Positions 36,298 to 47,138 of a stretch of 64,000 nucleotides of DNA are shown piece by piece. The stretch is from a virus. The stretch's first letter is position 1, and the number at the start of each line of letters is the position of its first letter. The notes below the pieces were generated by a model that had not been told where the DNA came from, did no database searches, and saw only the letters and a list, made by a program, of their open reading frames with translations. The stretch covers positions 119,931 to 183,930 of IMG/VR virus record IMGVR_UViG_3300033183_000299. One strand, 5' to 3'. The position numbers and the translations under genes were made by a program.

Positions 36298-37694
36298 TAA
36301 TCTACCACTCTAAACTTAAATCTATAAGGTTGCTCTTCCCATCCATTTTCTTCATCGTAAAAGCAATATTGTACGTCATATAAATATCCTGATTCTAGAT
36401 AACTTGTATCTAAGTTAAAGTAGTTCCCAGAAACATCATAAGACAACCCAGTGTGCATTGTAGAGCCTGTTCCGTAAGGAACAACGATATGGTCATCTAT
36501 TGATCTTCTGATCTGATAAGATGAGCTTTCGAAGACTAACGATGGAATATTCTTTTGAGTAGCAACCGTGTAAATGTTTGGAGACCAGTTTTTTTCTCGT
36601 ACATATAGATTAAGTCTGTGTGTTTGATTTTTCTTATATTCTTTTTTGAGTCTCGGCATAGAGAGGACGTATGATCCTTCATTACTATATCCTTGCGAGG
36701 AAAAGCTTTTCACTTCAATTGTACCTGTGTGAAACTGCGTTGAGCCTGAGAACCACACATCGTAAACTGTCGAACCTGTTGTGTCTACTTCAACATCACA
36801 TTTGTAGATTCCTGTACCGACAGCTGAGCCAGTAAACGAGCCAGTCAATTTTGTTCCACCGATTGAATCATATATATCAACATATATATCGTTTGAACCA
36901 AGCGCAGGGATGTCCCTCAGGCGGCCTCTGATGCTGTTGTAGAGGTATAAAGTGTTTAGGTTATCCGATGGTGGTGCAAGGGGTGAAGATGCGTAGAAAT
37001 TGCCCCTATCGTCCTTTCTGGAGCTATCCCAACGAGCTTCCAATACTGGTCTCGCAAAAAAGAACTCAGAGTCTCTGCCGAAGAATTTCTTTCTGAAGAA
37101 AGATCGTGCTTCACTCTCGAGGGCATCAGGAAGCTTAATTCCGAATCCATAATTATCCTTTGATGAATTAAGCCACTCTTCAACAAGCAAAGACACATCA
37201 ACTTCCAAGTCTTCAAGACCAGTTTCAAATTCAGCCACGAAAGATGGAGAAACATGATAGTCCCCACCGGGGGTTGTCCATGCTGAAGCTGAAGCATTGT
37301 TGATCCAGTTTGAACCAATACCATCTCTCGTTTCATCTTCATAAAAATCCATGTCTAAACCATAGCCCTCCTCCCAAGATGAAGATACGGCAAGAACATC
37401 TAAGTTAAAATTAGAAGGTGTTGTTTGTGAATGTGGTGCATTGTACATCTTGAGGTACCAAGAAACGCCTGATGATGGGATGGTGTTTCCAATTTCGCTA
37501 GATATCTCATTCATATCAAATTGGATTAAGATCCTCGCAGACTCGGTTGATGCCGATGAAGCTTGTCCGTAAATGGTAAAGACCTCCAATATATCTGAGG
37601 CTCCCATGTTGGAGCCGGTACCTCGAGTAACCAAGTTTTCTTCAAATGCATTTGTGATTGTATTATCTTTTGTCGCATAAAATCTTTTGATCAT
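36297..37694 (-). CDS. Structural protein with DNRLRE/CBM96-like domain
   Basis: ATKDNTI...N.G....LEV...RILIQFD...LKMY...WEEG...W...AWTTPGGD pattern. Confidence 0.6.
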   Translation of the reverse strand: MIKRFYATKDNTITNAFEENLVTRGTGSNMGASDILEVFTIYGQASSASTESARILIQFDMNEISSEIGNTIPSSGVSWYLKMYNAPHSQTTPSNFNLDVLAVSSSWEEGYGLDMDFYEDETRDGIGSNWINNASASAWTTPGGDYHVSPSFVAEFETGLEDLEVDVSLLVEEWLNSSKDNYGFGIKLPDALESEARSFFRKKFFGRDSEFFFARPVLEARWDSSRKDDRGNFYASSPLAPPSDNLNTLYLYNSIRGRLRDIPALGSNDIYVDIYDSIGGTKLTGSFTGSAVGTGIYKCDVEVDTTGSTVYDVWFSGSTQFHTGTIEVKSFSSQGYSNEGSYVLSMPRLKKEYKKNQTHRLNLYVREKNWSPNIYTVATQKNIPSLVFESSSYQIRRSIDDHIVVPYGTGSTMHTGLSYDVSGNYFNLDTSYLESGYLYDVQYCFYDEENGWEEQPYRFKFRVVD

Positions 37695-39487
37695 ACCGCA
37701 GCTCCTCTGATGTCTGTTCTAAAGTTTTTGATTTCAAAAATAACATTCCTAGGGGTCATCAGGTATGTTCCATCTTTTGACTTCATCTCATCGATTGATA
37801 CTGGTGCTGAACTATACCCCAAACCAGTTTTTAATACTGGTGTGACCTTTGAAGTGTCCACTACGCCATCAACCTTATTGATGATGTTATATATGTTGGT
37901 TAAATAGAAAGGTTCGCCAATGTACATCTTGTTGGACATCTCTTCTCTAAGCCTTCTATTAACTGAATTCAACACTTCTGCCTTGTCTCTTGTTGGGTGA
38001 ACAATAATTTCATAATCAAATCCGATATTTAAAACTTTAGCATCGTAGATGTCGATGTTGTCGTTCAGCATCTTGTTTTTGTTTAACCATGTCTTGACAT
38101 TCTCTTTTAATGTAGAGTTGGCTGCGGTTAAGTTGCCAGAAGAATTTTCTGATATCACATAAACGGACAACCTTCTGTTTGAAGAAGAAGGATCGTTTAT
38201 AACAGATGCTCTCTTAATTGATCCAAAAGCAGGCGGCATCATATAGATATAGGCCTCATAGTCATTGCGGGTCACAGAGCGTTGCTGAGCAGCTTTTGCT
38301 GCGTATGAGCGGTAACGTATCTCTTCTGATGTTGGAAGGCTTGTATTGCCCACTATGGCTTCGTCATTGGACACTTCCAGAGAACTTCTGACCGATGATT
38401 GCAAAGCGTCTCTGGTGCCATCTGCGTTTGGAAAGGTCATCGATGAGATTGAAATTTGATTTAAGTTTCCTTGTGCAACATTGACTGAGTCTGAGTCGTT
38501 CTGATAGAACAATACAGTCAATGTCGTATTTGATGGAGATACTCCAAGTGTATTTGAATCCAAAAGTCTCGTTGGATCAAACGCAGTATCCGTGATGTAA
38601 GGTTTGCCGGTCATCTTCAAGGCAATTTGTGAAGGGTCTGCGATATCTGTTGTACTATTTTCTTCATCTGTGCCATATCCAAATTGTAAATATGTCCCAG
38701 TACTATCTTGTTCGACAACAAATCTTCTTGGTACAACTTTCGGCTTTATTATCTGCGGGACCCCATCAGCTGCAGCATTAGGATTTGTAGTGTTGATATA
38801 AACTACATCTTGAGACAAGTGTTCTACTTGGTAATACTCGTGCCCTTCGCTATCGACAACAGATTTAATTTCTGCTATTGACTGCGATCCTACTCTAACC
38901 CTTTGGAATCTTTGAAACTCTCCAATTTCAACAGATGTTCTGAATAGGACAGTTGATTTAACTTGGCCATGTGCTCTAATTGCATAGGATGTTGGCTTCC
39001 CAGTTGCATCGCTAAATCTCGCAGCAACCACTTCGTTTTTTGGATTATTGAAGTCTACATCTTCAGTCAAAACAAAGGTTGTCCCAGTTGTCGCTCTAAC
39101 TTCTGATCCCGTTTTCAAGATTGGAATTAACGTTCTATCCGGCCCGAGACCACTCATAGCAGCTGGGACAACAATGTAGAATGTGGCCATTCCGAAGGCT
39201 GCCGGTCTCCCGGTGAATCTATAGCCAGTGTTTTTCGCTAACCTTCTCACATTGTCGTATTCAATAGCTGTTTCTAAAAACGATTCATTGACTTGATAGT
39301 CGAGATAGAAAGACAGCATGTCCCCAACATAAGCAACTGTATCAAGAACATAGGATCCAAAAGAGTTCTCCGAGAAGTCCTTATATGTATCCGGATAATA
39401 TCTCTTTGCGTGTTCCTCCAGGTCCCTCTTGATTGATTCGAAGTCGCGGTTAGTGTAATTCACTAATATTTTTTTATTATTAGACAT
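37691..39487 (-). CDS. Baseplate wedge subunit (T4 gp6/P2 gpJ-like)
   Basis: NYTNRDFESIKRDL, AYVGDMLSFYLD...ESFLETA, LQFGYG, QQRSVTRNDY. Confidence 0.88.
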   Translation of the reverse strand: MSNNKKILVNYTNRDFESIKRDLEEHAKRYYPDTYKDFSENSFGSYVLDTVAYVGDMLSFYLDYQVNESFLETAIEYDNVRRLAKNTGYRFTGRPAAFGMATFYIVVPAAMSGLGPDRTLIPILKTGSEVRATTGTTFVLTEDVDFNNPKNEVVAARFSDATGKPTSYAIRAHGQVKSTVLFRTSVEIGEFQRFQRVRVGSQSIAEIKSVVDSEGHEYYQVEHLSQDVVYINTTNPNAAADGVPQIIKPKVVPRRFVVEQDSTGTYLQFGYGTDEENSTTDIADPSQIALKMTGKPYITDTAFDPTRLLDSNTLGVSPSNTTLTVLFYQNDSDSVNVAQGNLNQISISSMTFPNADGTRDALQSSVRSSLEVSNDEAIVGNTSLPTSEEIRYRSYAAKAAQQRSVTRNDYEAYIYMMPPAFGSIKRASVINDPSSSNRRLSVYVISENSSGNLTAANSTLKENVKTWLNKNKMLNDNIDIYDAKVLNIGFDYEIIVHPTRDKAEVLNSVNRRLREEMSNKMYIGEPFYLTNIYNIINKVDGVVDTSKVTPVLKTGLGYSSAPVSIDEMKSKDGTYLMTPRNVIFEIKNFRTDIRGAAV

Positions 39488-39888
39488 TAATAGAACCCTA
39501 TGTTGTTTTCTGGTTTGGCATCCAGCTCAAATAATTGTTGAGTTGCATCCCCAGGTATCGTATATGTAATTTGCACTCTCATAAGTCCCATGTCCACATC
39601 GTCTGGGTCTGCGTTAATTTGAATATCTTGCACAGTTAAGTATGGAAGATATATTGAAATTTGAGAGGAGATTCTGCTTGCAATAGAGGATCTAACCGAT
39701 GGGACGTTTTGCTCAAAAATAAACCTTCTGATTCCAACACCATAATCCATATCGCTCAAGTTTTCACCCGGAGATGTTAGCAATAGGTTCTTTAGGTAGA
39801 ATGATATCTGTTGATTGATATCATCGTAAAGTTCAAACGTATCGTGATTACCCGACTTAAGTGGGAATTTAGGTCCATAGAGAGGCAT
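39487..39888 (-). CDS. Baseplate wedge protein (gp25/gpW-like)
   Basis: LKNLLLTSPGE....YGVGIRRFIFE...YLPY. Confidence 0.88.
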   Translation of the reverse strand: MPLYGPKFPLKSGNHDTFELYDDINQQISFYLKNLLLTSPGENLSDMDYGVGIRRFIFEQNVPSVRSSIASRISSQISIYLPYLTVQDIQINADPDDVDMGLMRVQITYTIPGDATQQLFELDAKPENNIGFY

Positions 39889-39920
39889 AGTCAGTTTCCT
39901 TTTTATACCTTAATTAGTTA

Positions 39921-42900
39921 TTATTGCAAATCTTTCTCAGGGTCTGCGCACTCTTGTCCATTAGCATCATATATCTTTGTTTGCATCCTTCGCTTCATCC
40001 ACCAAGGCAACTTAACTGCCGGTAGAGCAAAAGAATCAAATGGATTATTTAGCTTTATAAGGCTCATGAAATCAGAATCATCATCATCCTCATCTGGGCT
40101 TAGGCCATCAGCGGTATTAGAAAGATATAGGGATTTAAATTCTCGCCTTAAAAAGTTCTTTCCAAACTTGTTAATTGTTCCGTCAAACTCTGGGATATCT
40201 GGGTCCTCTTCGACTCTTTCACCTTCACCTCTACCGAATGAAGCAGGCAGTGTTTCCATGCAATATATGGCCAACATTGATGATGCCTGTCTGAAGTTTA
40301 AGATCTTATCAAACATCACGGTGAATCCTGGTTGGTCCACGATTTTATTTATCAAGCACTCTAAATCATATCTCTCAATTCCACTATATGGATCAAATTG
40401 CTCAAATGTGCTATCAACCACATCTATCTCTGCTGAGGATAGTGGTATCATGATTCCGCCGTCATCAAATAAAAACGATTTTTCTCTTTTAGAAAGTTGC
40501 ATAAAAGCACTATCGGATCTAAGCTGCTCCATCTCCTCTTCGCTAAAGTAATCTTCCGGCACAACAATGGACAGCCTTAAGCCGTATTTAACCCCAGTAG
40601 ATCCAATCACTCCAGTAGGTTGCGGGGTCTCCCCATCAAGAAGAAAAGACTCATCATATGAAACTTGAAAATCTTCAAAATCACGAGAGGCCAAATAGGA
40701 GCTCAGCCCTCCAGCAAAAACACCATATTCGATTTCTGAGTTTAATTCAGATAGCCTCAATATACTATTGTTAGTTGCAAAACCTTTGTCCATTAGTTTC
40801 TTGAAAGATCCAGTGTATGTAAATGATAAATCACCGAAGCAATCAGAAAGCATTACGTCGTCTAAATCATTTAAGTTCAGACTTACAAACTCAGACATGT
40901 TCTTGAGGGATATGGCTCCTCTATATTTGTTATCTCGAAATGATATAGCATCGGGAACATCTCCAGACTCCTTATCCTCAAGTCTAACATAGCTTTGGAG
41001 TATAAATTGAATCTCATCAGATTTCTCTATTGGGAGATTGATGTTGTTATCACTAAGTTCTGGGATCTTACCAACTTTTACATTTCCAGTTTGCTTACCA
41101 AGATAGTAAGAATTCAATCCAACCTTGGAGGTTGAATCTGGGAAGAACGACTTCATTCCAAAAAATGATTTATACAAATCAAAATAGTAAGGCTTGTCTG
41201 TCGGACCATCGATAACATTTTGGGATAACCTATCTAGTTCGCTTCGTATCAACTCTTTCATTACATTTATCGCTTCTCTCTCGAACAATTTAATGAAATA
41301 GATTTTTTGAAAGAACTGCAGCTTCTTTACATTTGCATACCTTATTGTACTTGCTTTCACTTTGACATTAGCTGAGGATCCGTCGAAAAATGTTTCTCTC
41401 TCATCTTCCTTGGCTAGTCTAAAATCCACAGCCATTGCAACATGATATAGCATACCCTTATTGATTTCCTCAATCGGATCGTAAGATGATGGAGGTCTAG
41501 CAAGATTTATATTCTCTATTTCTTTTCTCAACCTCTTCTTCATTTCTTTATCTACGACCCTGTACTTATCGAGACCAAGTTGTATTCTATTAAGGGAATT
41601 CATTACGCTCTCTGGTGCTTCAATCCCGTCAACATCAATCATTCTCTGGTATGCCTCGACGCATTGCTCCAAAAATGTATACCAGTATCTTTCTCGAACA
41701 ATTCTCACTTTCTTATTTGAAGTGCGAACTCCCAAATCACTCATCTCAGTTTGCATCTTTTTTACAATATAGAACATCATTGAGTCATCAAAATTTTCTC
41801 CCCTTATTTGCAAATTTGAGAATAGACCATAGCCCTTCATAAAGAACTCTGCTAAGTAAGTTCTTATGGTTGTTCGTATAACCCCATCTAACTTAGCTTT
41901 ATTTTTTGCATCCAAAAGTAGGTGGAATGGCTTAACGGATACGCAATCTGGTGATTTTGATAACCTGGGATCATTTCTTAGAGATGCATCAAGATTTTTA
42001 ACCCTGTCTTTGATGTCTTTGAAAGATAGCATTGGAGGAGTCTTTGGCTCACAACCTTCTTGAGAATCAAAGGCGTTTGTGGCTAACTCAAGCCAACCAA
42101 AAAACTTTCTTGGCTCAACGTAATATGGAGGATTGTTATAGTTCCCTCCGTAAATTGCTGGGTCTAGAGGAATTATTCTCTCGCTTGCGAAGGTTCCAAG
42201 TTCACCTTCGTTTTCCGATGGAGTATATTCAAATGAATCTCTCGTTAGATCATCGGTAACATATCCAAACTTGTATCCTGTTGGTAGTCCATCCTCAGAC
42301 TCATAGTTGGTCAGTAGGGCTTCAATCATTTTTTTATTTGAGGTCTCGAACAAGTCTTCATAAATCTCTGAGAAGTCTTTGTTCAGAGGGATTTTGTTTT
42401 TCATAATCCTATTGAAGGCTGCTTTTCGTATATCTTGCTTTTGATTACCCCTATACATGAAGCCATTATCTTGGAGATACTTTTCTTCCCCCTCAAGTAT
42501 GTCAACTGGGGTGTTTATATTTACTTCTAGTACATCCTCAGTGTCGTTGATGTTTTCTAATACTTGCAAGTTATAGCCAAATGTTTTCTTCGGCGCTCTG
42601 AGATTTGAAACAGAGACGATCTGCTTATACGAGAAGCCGTCTTGTTCATCAACGTATCGATAAACTATATTCTTTGAAGTTTTTCTCCCTCTCTTTACTC
42701 TAGAGAAATTATACACTGTACCAGAGTCGCTCAGAATCTCTTCTCTCTGCTTTAATCCAACAGTTTCTGGATATAAGCCTGGTGCACCATCGGCATCGTC
42801 ATAGCCAATATTCATCAATATCTGTTTGAACTTACCTGAGGTATTGAATTTCAAATCTCGCTCTTCTTGAGTGTTTGAATAATTTATTCTAAATATTTTT

Positions 42901-45900
42901 TGAAAAGATCTTGCGAACTCTCGTCTACCAGTGGTGTCCCTCATGGCCTCAGCTAAAAGACCCCCTCGGGTAAAAAACCCAATAGTTAAAGATCTAGATA
43001 TGTTGTCAAAAAATCCTTCAACCAACTCATCACTTTGATCCCTGTCGACTTGCGAGGTTGAGACATCATTGAATAAATTATTTGGATTACAAACATCTTT
43101 CAACACCTCATTGGTGGCCGATCCATAAAAAGGGCCATCAGTTTGCAAGTTTCCAACATCATCCATCAGTGTCTCTAGAGCATCCAAGGTGGCATCGTTT
43201 AGTTTCTTAACGTAATCTTCAGCTGGTCTGAATCCCATATCACCTAACAGACCTTCTCTTAAGTTATTCCACTCGTTTAACTGATCACTCGTTAAGCAGA
43301 TGGCTTGGGATATGGGCAGGTTTGGAACACCCGCATCCAACATATCCCTAATTCTATTTCTTTCTTCTGAGGGCAGAAATGACCCAAGACTCTTGAAAAA
43401 GAAAGCTACTTGATTTGGGTCTCCGAGTAATACGTTCATTTCTGGGGCTAGAGCGTTGACGGCATTAGAAATCCTCTTATTAAATTGAGAATTTTCCTCG
43501 CCATCTCTTGCGACCATAGCTTCCAAAAACTCCTCAGTCGAAGCAACAGATGAGATAATATTTGCAACTTTCGAACCAGCATTTTCATAATCAGCTCCCT
43601 CATCAAAAGAAAGCGGTGCAAAGAGTGCCTCAGCTAACTGTTCAGCCTTAGACCTACTGGTGGCTAGGTCTTCACCATCGTTGCAGAACGCCTCATTCAA
43701 TGCCCTATAAAAGCTGCCTTTCAAATTTCCACGAAGTCCGTCAGCAACGATACCCCCCGCTGCCTCTACTAAATTACAAAGAGAGCTTTCCAAAGTAAAC
43801 ATTAGCCTCTTCAATAAAGATATCGCTAATTCCGATACCAGCTTTATTATTGCTTCTCTGAATATTTCGTTGAATTGGTATTCAATTTTAAATCTAAAAT
43901 TTATGTTTGGAACAATTAGTTTTGGAAACGCCAAAGACACTGTCGGGTCACACACATCAACAGATAGGGACTTCATAAAATCACCTGCTGGTGGGTAAAT
44001 GACTGGTGCGATAGGACAAGGACTTAGGAGTAGCTGCTCAACCTTATCTAAGGCGAAGTCTACTGCTGGATATGACCTAAGTCTCTCAAAAAGATCATCT
44101 ATTGAAAAGTAATCCAAGATTGACTCAATTGCAAAATCAAAAATAACATCAAATACTGCATCAACCTTTACGCCCAATGCCGTTTCCTTAAATGATTCAG
44201 CTACTCTCTCAAAGTCATTAAGTTCTTCTCCTGTTATTACAGAAGAGTCCAGAGCTTGGGAGAAATTTTCAGTAGTTGTTTCGGCTAAGTCCCTAGAGAA
44301 CTCTCCGATGGGCTCCAAGGCTTGCACTACTGATTGTAGGGAAGTCTCTAGGGACTTTTGATATAATTCATCTATTGATCTCAAAATCTCAGATGCTGAT
44401 TGTGTGACTTCTTGTTTTCCTTGCTCTATCAATGACTTGAATCTTTCTTCTAGTTCGGCAATTTCCCTATCTACACCTTTTTCGATGTATCCGTCTAATT
44501 GAGATTCCAAATCTTCCTTCAGCCTTTTGTAATCTACAATTCTTTCAGCTGACTTTCTTGTTAGTTCAAGCTTCTCTCTCTTGTTTAATGCAAAATCAGA
44601 TATTGTACCATCTTCATTGAACGTTGTATCTCTAAAGACATCATCTAGCAGCTTCCGCTCAGCTTCAATCAATGCATTGAGGTTATCTACTTGGTCTTGT
44701 ATCTCTCTCTTCTCTTCAAATACACCTCTAACTCCCGATATGGTCTCCGTTATTATCGAACTCGTAACTCTATCTAAGGCTTGGCGAAATGAACTTTGAG
44801 ACTTTTTGTACTCTCTAGCATAATATTTTATACTTTGCAACATGTATTTTTTAGGCTTAATCTTTTTAAGCTCAGCATCTTTGGAGCCTATTTTTTTACG
44901 ATAAACATTTCCCTCTCCATCATCGTCAAGCAAGAAGGTCGCTGTTTGCTTATCCCAACCTAAAGAAGTCATTAGTTTATATATCTTTGCCCAAGCACTT
45001 TCAGTCAAGGCTCCCGAAGAGTGAGGTCCAATCACTCCTGCTACATATTGCTCCTCCTCTTCCGTTAGTGAATCGATGAAACTCTCCAAACCAAAGTCAG
45101 TCCATTTTTGAGTAAAGATGTCCAGTACTCTATAGGCTTTGCTTTTTGATTTGACGAAATCTTTCATCGTTTGGCCGCTACCTTCAGCCAACTTAATCCC
45201 TATCAGGGATGTTATATCGACACCATTCCCAAACTGCTCTTCGATTGTCTTGTTTAGTTCCTCTCTAAATGATGCTGGTAGACCATTTAAAAATAGTCCG
45301 AAAGTATTAACCTCCATAAAATCAAAAGTCTTCTCAATTAAAATGTCTAAAAAATCATCAAACGATACTCCGTTCGCAATGCAATTCAGGGCCTTTCCTG
45401 CGATCTTAGACATACCGCAAATTCCAATTGCTGGTATAACATCAATTATATCAAGCTCTGATCTGTTTTCGATAGCATCTTTGACCACTTTGACGTATGT
45501 ATCTTCAAAGTTTTCAATGACCTCATTCGCAGCGTCCATTGCTTCTTGAAAGTGCGGAGAGTTTTGAATTTGATTAGAGAAAGACCCGCCCTCCAATAAG
45601 CCAAATTTGTCTACGGCAAATTGTGTTTTATTTCTCTCTATGTCTTCATTTGACTCTAAAGGGTCGGATTTTATATATGTCTTCTTTTCACCTTCAATAT
45701 TGGTATAATCAAACTTTATAAGAAAGACATTATCGACATAAACTTCTTCCAAGTACTTGAAAACATTATCTCTATTGACTTTTTTTATGCCTTCATTGGG
45801 GGCGTATTCTTCATAATATCTGGTTACACTATCTATCAAATAATTGTAAGCCTTGTTCTCATATTCTTTTTTGTATCTCGAGATCATCGCCTCTCGCCTT

Positions 45901-47129
45901 TCTTCTGCAGGAGACTTCTCTCGAGACTTCTGATCAGCTAGGGCAGTTGCGCCAAAAGTAGACTGTTGAGCCAAGGACCTACAGGCCTGTTCTGAGATTT
46001 GCTTCTCGATTGAATCAAAGGCAGACATTATCTCGCTTGCTAGAGAATCAATAACTTGACTGTTCCCTGACCCTAATTGCGACTCCAATAGGCACTCAAG
46101 ACCAGCTTTCGTCTCATCAAAGTCACCAAGATCTCCATAATCTACAATATATTTTGGATAAAACCTCTCTAGTGTAAAGTCTAGCCAAGGCTTGGTTTCT
46201 TTGGCTGTAATGTCATTGATGACTAAATCTAGATTTTTCATGAAGTTGTACACAACTCTCATGGATGGCTTGCGTAAAATACTTCCCCTAGGGACAGGTA
46301 GCTTTACATACTTATCGCAACCATCATCGGAAAGTACCATGATTTTTTTTAAATCAAAATCTCTTCCACTTGACTTAAAAATGAACTTTAGCTTCACAGC
46401 GCGCTTAGCCTTGAATACGCCTGTGTTTCCAATTTTCTGATATCCTTTATTTTTCAACAAGTCAGATAGTTCGTCCTGAAATTGCTTGATCTTCTTCTTT
46501 GCTGACTTGTAGTTGATTCTAAGTGTCTCATTATTTTGCTGTCGTATCACAAAACCAGCGCCCGTCTTGACTGCGGATGAGTAGTATAAGCCATAAGTCC
46601 CCAAGGCCACTCTTAATTGCCTTAGCTTTCTTTTCAGACCTTGGACTTCTAATAATATTTCTCCACCAGAATCAAATGTTTCTGAATCGTCATTGGATGC
46701 ATCTTCACTATCGTTTCCTGGGATTTGATCAAAATTGAACGCTGGTACTCCCACAAGGTATGCTGGTCCCAATACCCTAGACTCAAGATTAACGTATTTA
46801 TCGACAACAAAAGCAGCATTTAAAAGTTGTTGACGAGTTCCATTATTCAAAGGCTTATCTAAGTCGACCAAGATTCTCTCGACAGCCAAATTTAGAATAT
46901 CAACTTCCTCACCTGTGTCAACTTCACTTTCATAAACTCTAACGTGATATTCGCAAACACTCTTGTTTAAGTAGGCCTCTTCGATGTCCGACCAATGTGG
47001 AGCAGGTAGTTTCCAATTTGGATCAACCTGGCATGTCGGGCATAACCTCTCGTCTATCGGCTTGATGACCTCTTGAGTATCACACTCGCTATTTTGAAAG
47101 TCTGAATATTTCTTTTCTATCTCAGCCAT
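39921..47129 (-). CDS. Giant (2402 aa) mostly helical protein, probable tail hub/structural
   Basis: Located between the spike and gp25 genes; coiled-coil stretch and scattered Cys. Confidence 0.55.
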   Translation of the reverse strand: MAEIEKKYSDFQNSECDTQEVIKPIDERLCPTCQVDPNWKLPAPHWSDIEEAYLNKSVCEYHVRVYESEVDTGEEVDILNLAVERILVDLDKPLNNGTRQQLLNAAFVVDKYVNLESRVLGPAYLVGVPAFNFDQIPGNDSEDASNDDSETFDSGGEILLEVQGLKRKLRQLRVALGTYGLYYSSAVKTGAGFVIRQQNNETLRINYKSAKKKIKQFQDELSDLLKNKGYQKIGNTGVFKAKRAVKLKFIFKSSGRDFDLKKIMVLSDDGCDKYVKLPVPRGSILRKPSMRVVYNFMKNLDLVINDITAKETKPWLDFTLERFYPKYIVDYGDLGDFDETKAGLECLLESQLGSGNSQVIDSLASEIMSAFDSIEKQISEQACRSLAQQSTFGATALADQKSREKSPAEERREAMISRYKKEYENKAYNYLIDSVTRYYEEYAPNEGIKKVNRDNVFKYLEEVYVDNVFLIKFDYTNIEGEKKTYIKSDPLESNEDIERNKTQFAVDKFGLLEGGSFSNQIQNSPHFQEAMDAANEVIENFEDTYVKVVKDAIENRSELDIIDVIPAIGICGMSKIAGKALNCIANGVSFDDFLDILIEKTFDFMEVNTFGLFLNGLPASFREELNKTIEEQFGNGVDITSLIGIKLAEGSGQTMKDFVKSKSKAYRVLDIFTQKWTDFGLESFIDSLTEEEEQYVAGVIGPHSSGALTESAWAKIYKLMTSLGWDKQTATFLLDDDGEGNVYRKKIGSKDAELKKIKPKKYMLQSIKYYAREYKKSQSSFRQALDRVTSSIITETISGVRGVFEEKREIQDQVDNLNALIEAERKLLDDVFRDTTFNEDGTISDFALNKREKLELTRKSAERIVDYKRLKEDLESQLDGYIEKGVDREIAELEERFKSLIEQGKQEVTQSASEILRSIDELYQKSLETSLQSVVQALEPIGEFSRDLAETTTENFSQALDSSVITGEELNDFERVAESFKETALGVKVDAVFDVIFDFAIESILDYFSIDDLFERLRSYPAVDFALDKVEQLLLSPCPIAPVIYPPAGDFMKSLSVDVCDPTVSLAFPKLIVPNINFRFKIEYQFNEIFREAIIKLVSELAISLLKRLMFTLESSLCNLVEAAGGIVADGLRGNLKGSFYRALNEAFCNDGEDLATSRSKAEQLAEALFAPLSFDEGADYENAGSKVANIISSVASTEEFLEAMVARDGEENSQFNKRISNAVNALAPEMNVLLGDPNQVAFFFKSLGSFLPSEERNRIRDMLDAGVPNLPISQAICLTSDQLNEWNNLREGLLGDMGFRPAEDYVKKLNDATLDALETLMDDVGNLQTDGPFYGSATNEVLKDVCNPNNLFNDVSTSQVDRDQSDELVEGFFDNISRSLTIGFFTRGGLLAEAMRDTTGRREFARSFQKIFRINYSNTQEERDLKFNTSGKFKQILMNIGYDDADGAPGLYPETVGLKQREEILSDSGTVYNFSRVKRGRKTSKNIVYRYVDEQDGFSYKQIVSVSNLRAPKKTFGYNLQVLENINDTEDVLEVNINTPVDILEGEEKYLQDNGFMYRGNQKQDIRKAAFNRIMKNKIPLNKDFSEIYEDLFETSNKKMIEALLTNYESEDGLPTGYKFGYVTDDLTRDSFEYTPSENEGELGTFASERIIPLDPAIYGGNYNNPPYYVEPRKFFGWLELATNAFDSQEGCEPKTPPMLSFKDIKDRVKNLDASLRNDPRLSKSPDCVSVKPFHLLLDAKNKAKLDGVIRTTIRTYLAEFFMKGYGLFSNLQIRGENFDDSMMFYIVKKMQTEMSDLGVRTSNKKVRIVRERYWYTFLEQCVEAYQRMIDVDGIEAPESVMNSLNRIQLGLDKYRVVDKEMKKRLRKEIENINLARPPSSYDPIEEINKGMLYHVAMAVDFRLAKEDERETFFDGSSANVKVKASTIRYANVKKLQFFQKIYFIKLFEREAINVMKELIRSELDRLSQNVIDGPTDKPYYFDLYKSFFGMKSFFPDSTSKVGLNSYYLGKQTGNVKVGKIPELSDNNINLPIEKSDEIQFILQSYVRLEDKESGDVPDAISFRDNKYRGAISLKNMSEFVSLNLNDLDDVMLSDCFGDLSFTYTGSFKKLMDKGFATNNSILRLSELNSEIEYGVFAGGLSSYLASRDFEDFQVSYDESFLLDGETPQPTGVIGSTGVKYGLRLSIVVPEDYFSEEEMEQLRSDSAFMQLSKREKSFLFDDGGIMIPLSSAEIDVVDSTFEQFDPYSGIERYDLECLINKIVDQPGFTVMFDKILNFRQASSMLAIYCMETLPASFGRGEGERVEEDPDIPEFDGTINKFGKNFLRREFKSLYLSNTADGLSPDEDDDDSDFMSLIKLNNPFDSFALPAVKLPWWMKRRMQTKIYDANGQECADPEKDLQ

Positions 47130-47138
47130 TGCGTACCT

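Noticed and set aside
39811-40551. 246-aa + strand ORF and the many other + strand ORFs in the track
   Set aside because: They are antisense shadows of long minus-strand genes, Ser/Phe/Leu-rich, with no recognisable motifs.
39921-47129. Calling the 2402-aa protein a tape measure
   Set aside because: Lacks evident Ala/Gly-rich periodic repeats and TM segments; acidic and Cys-containing; left as unknown structural.
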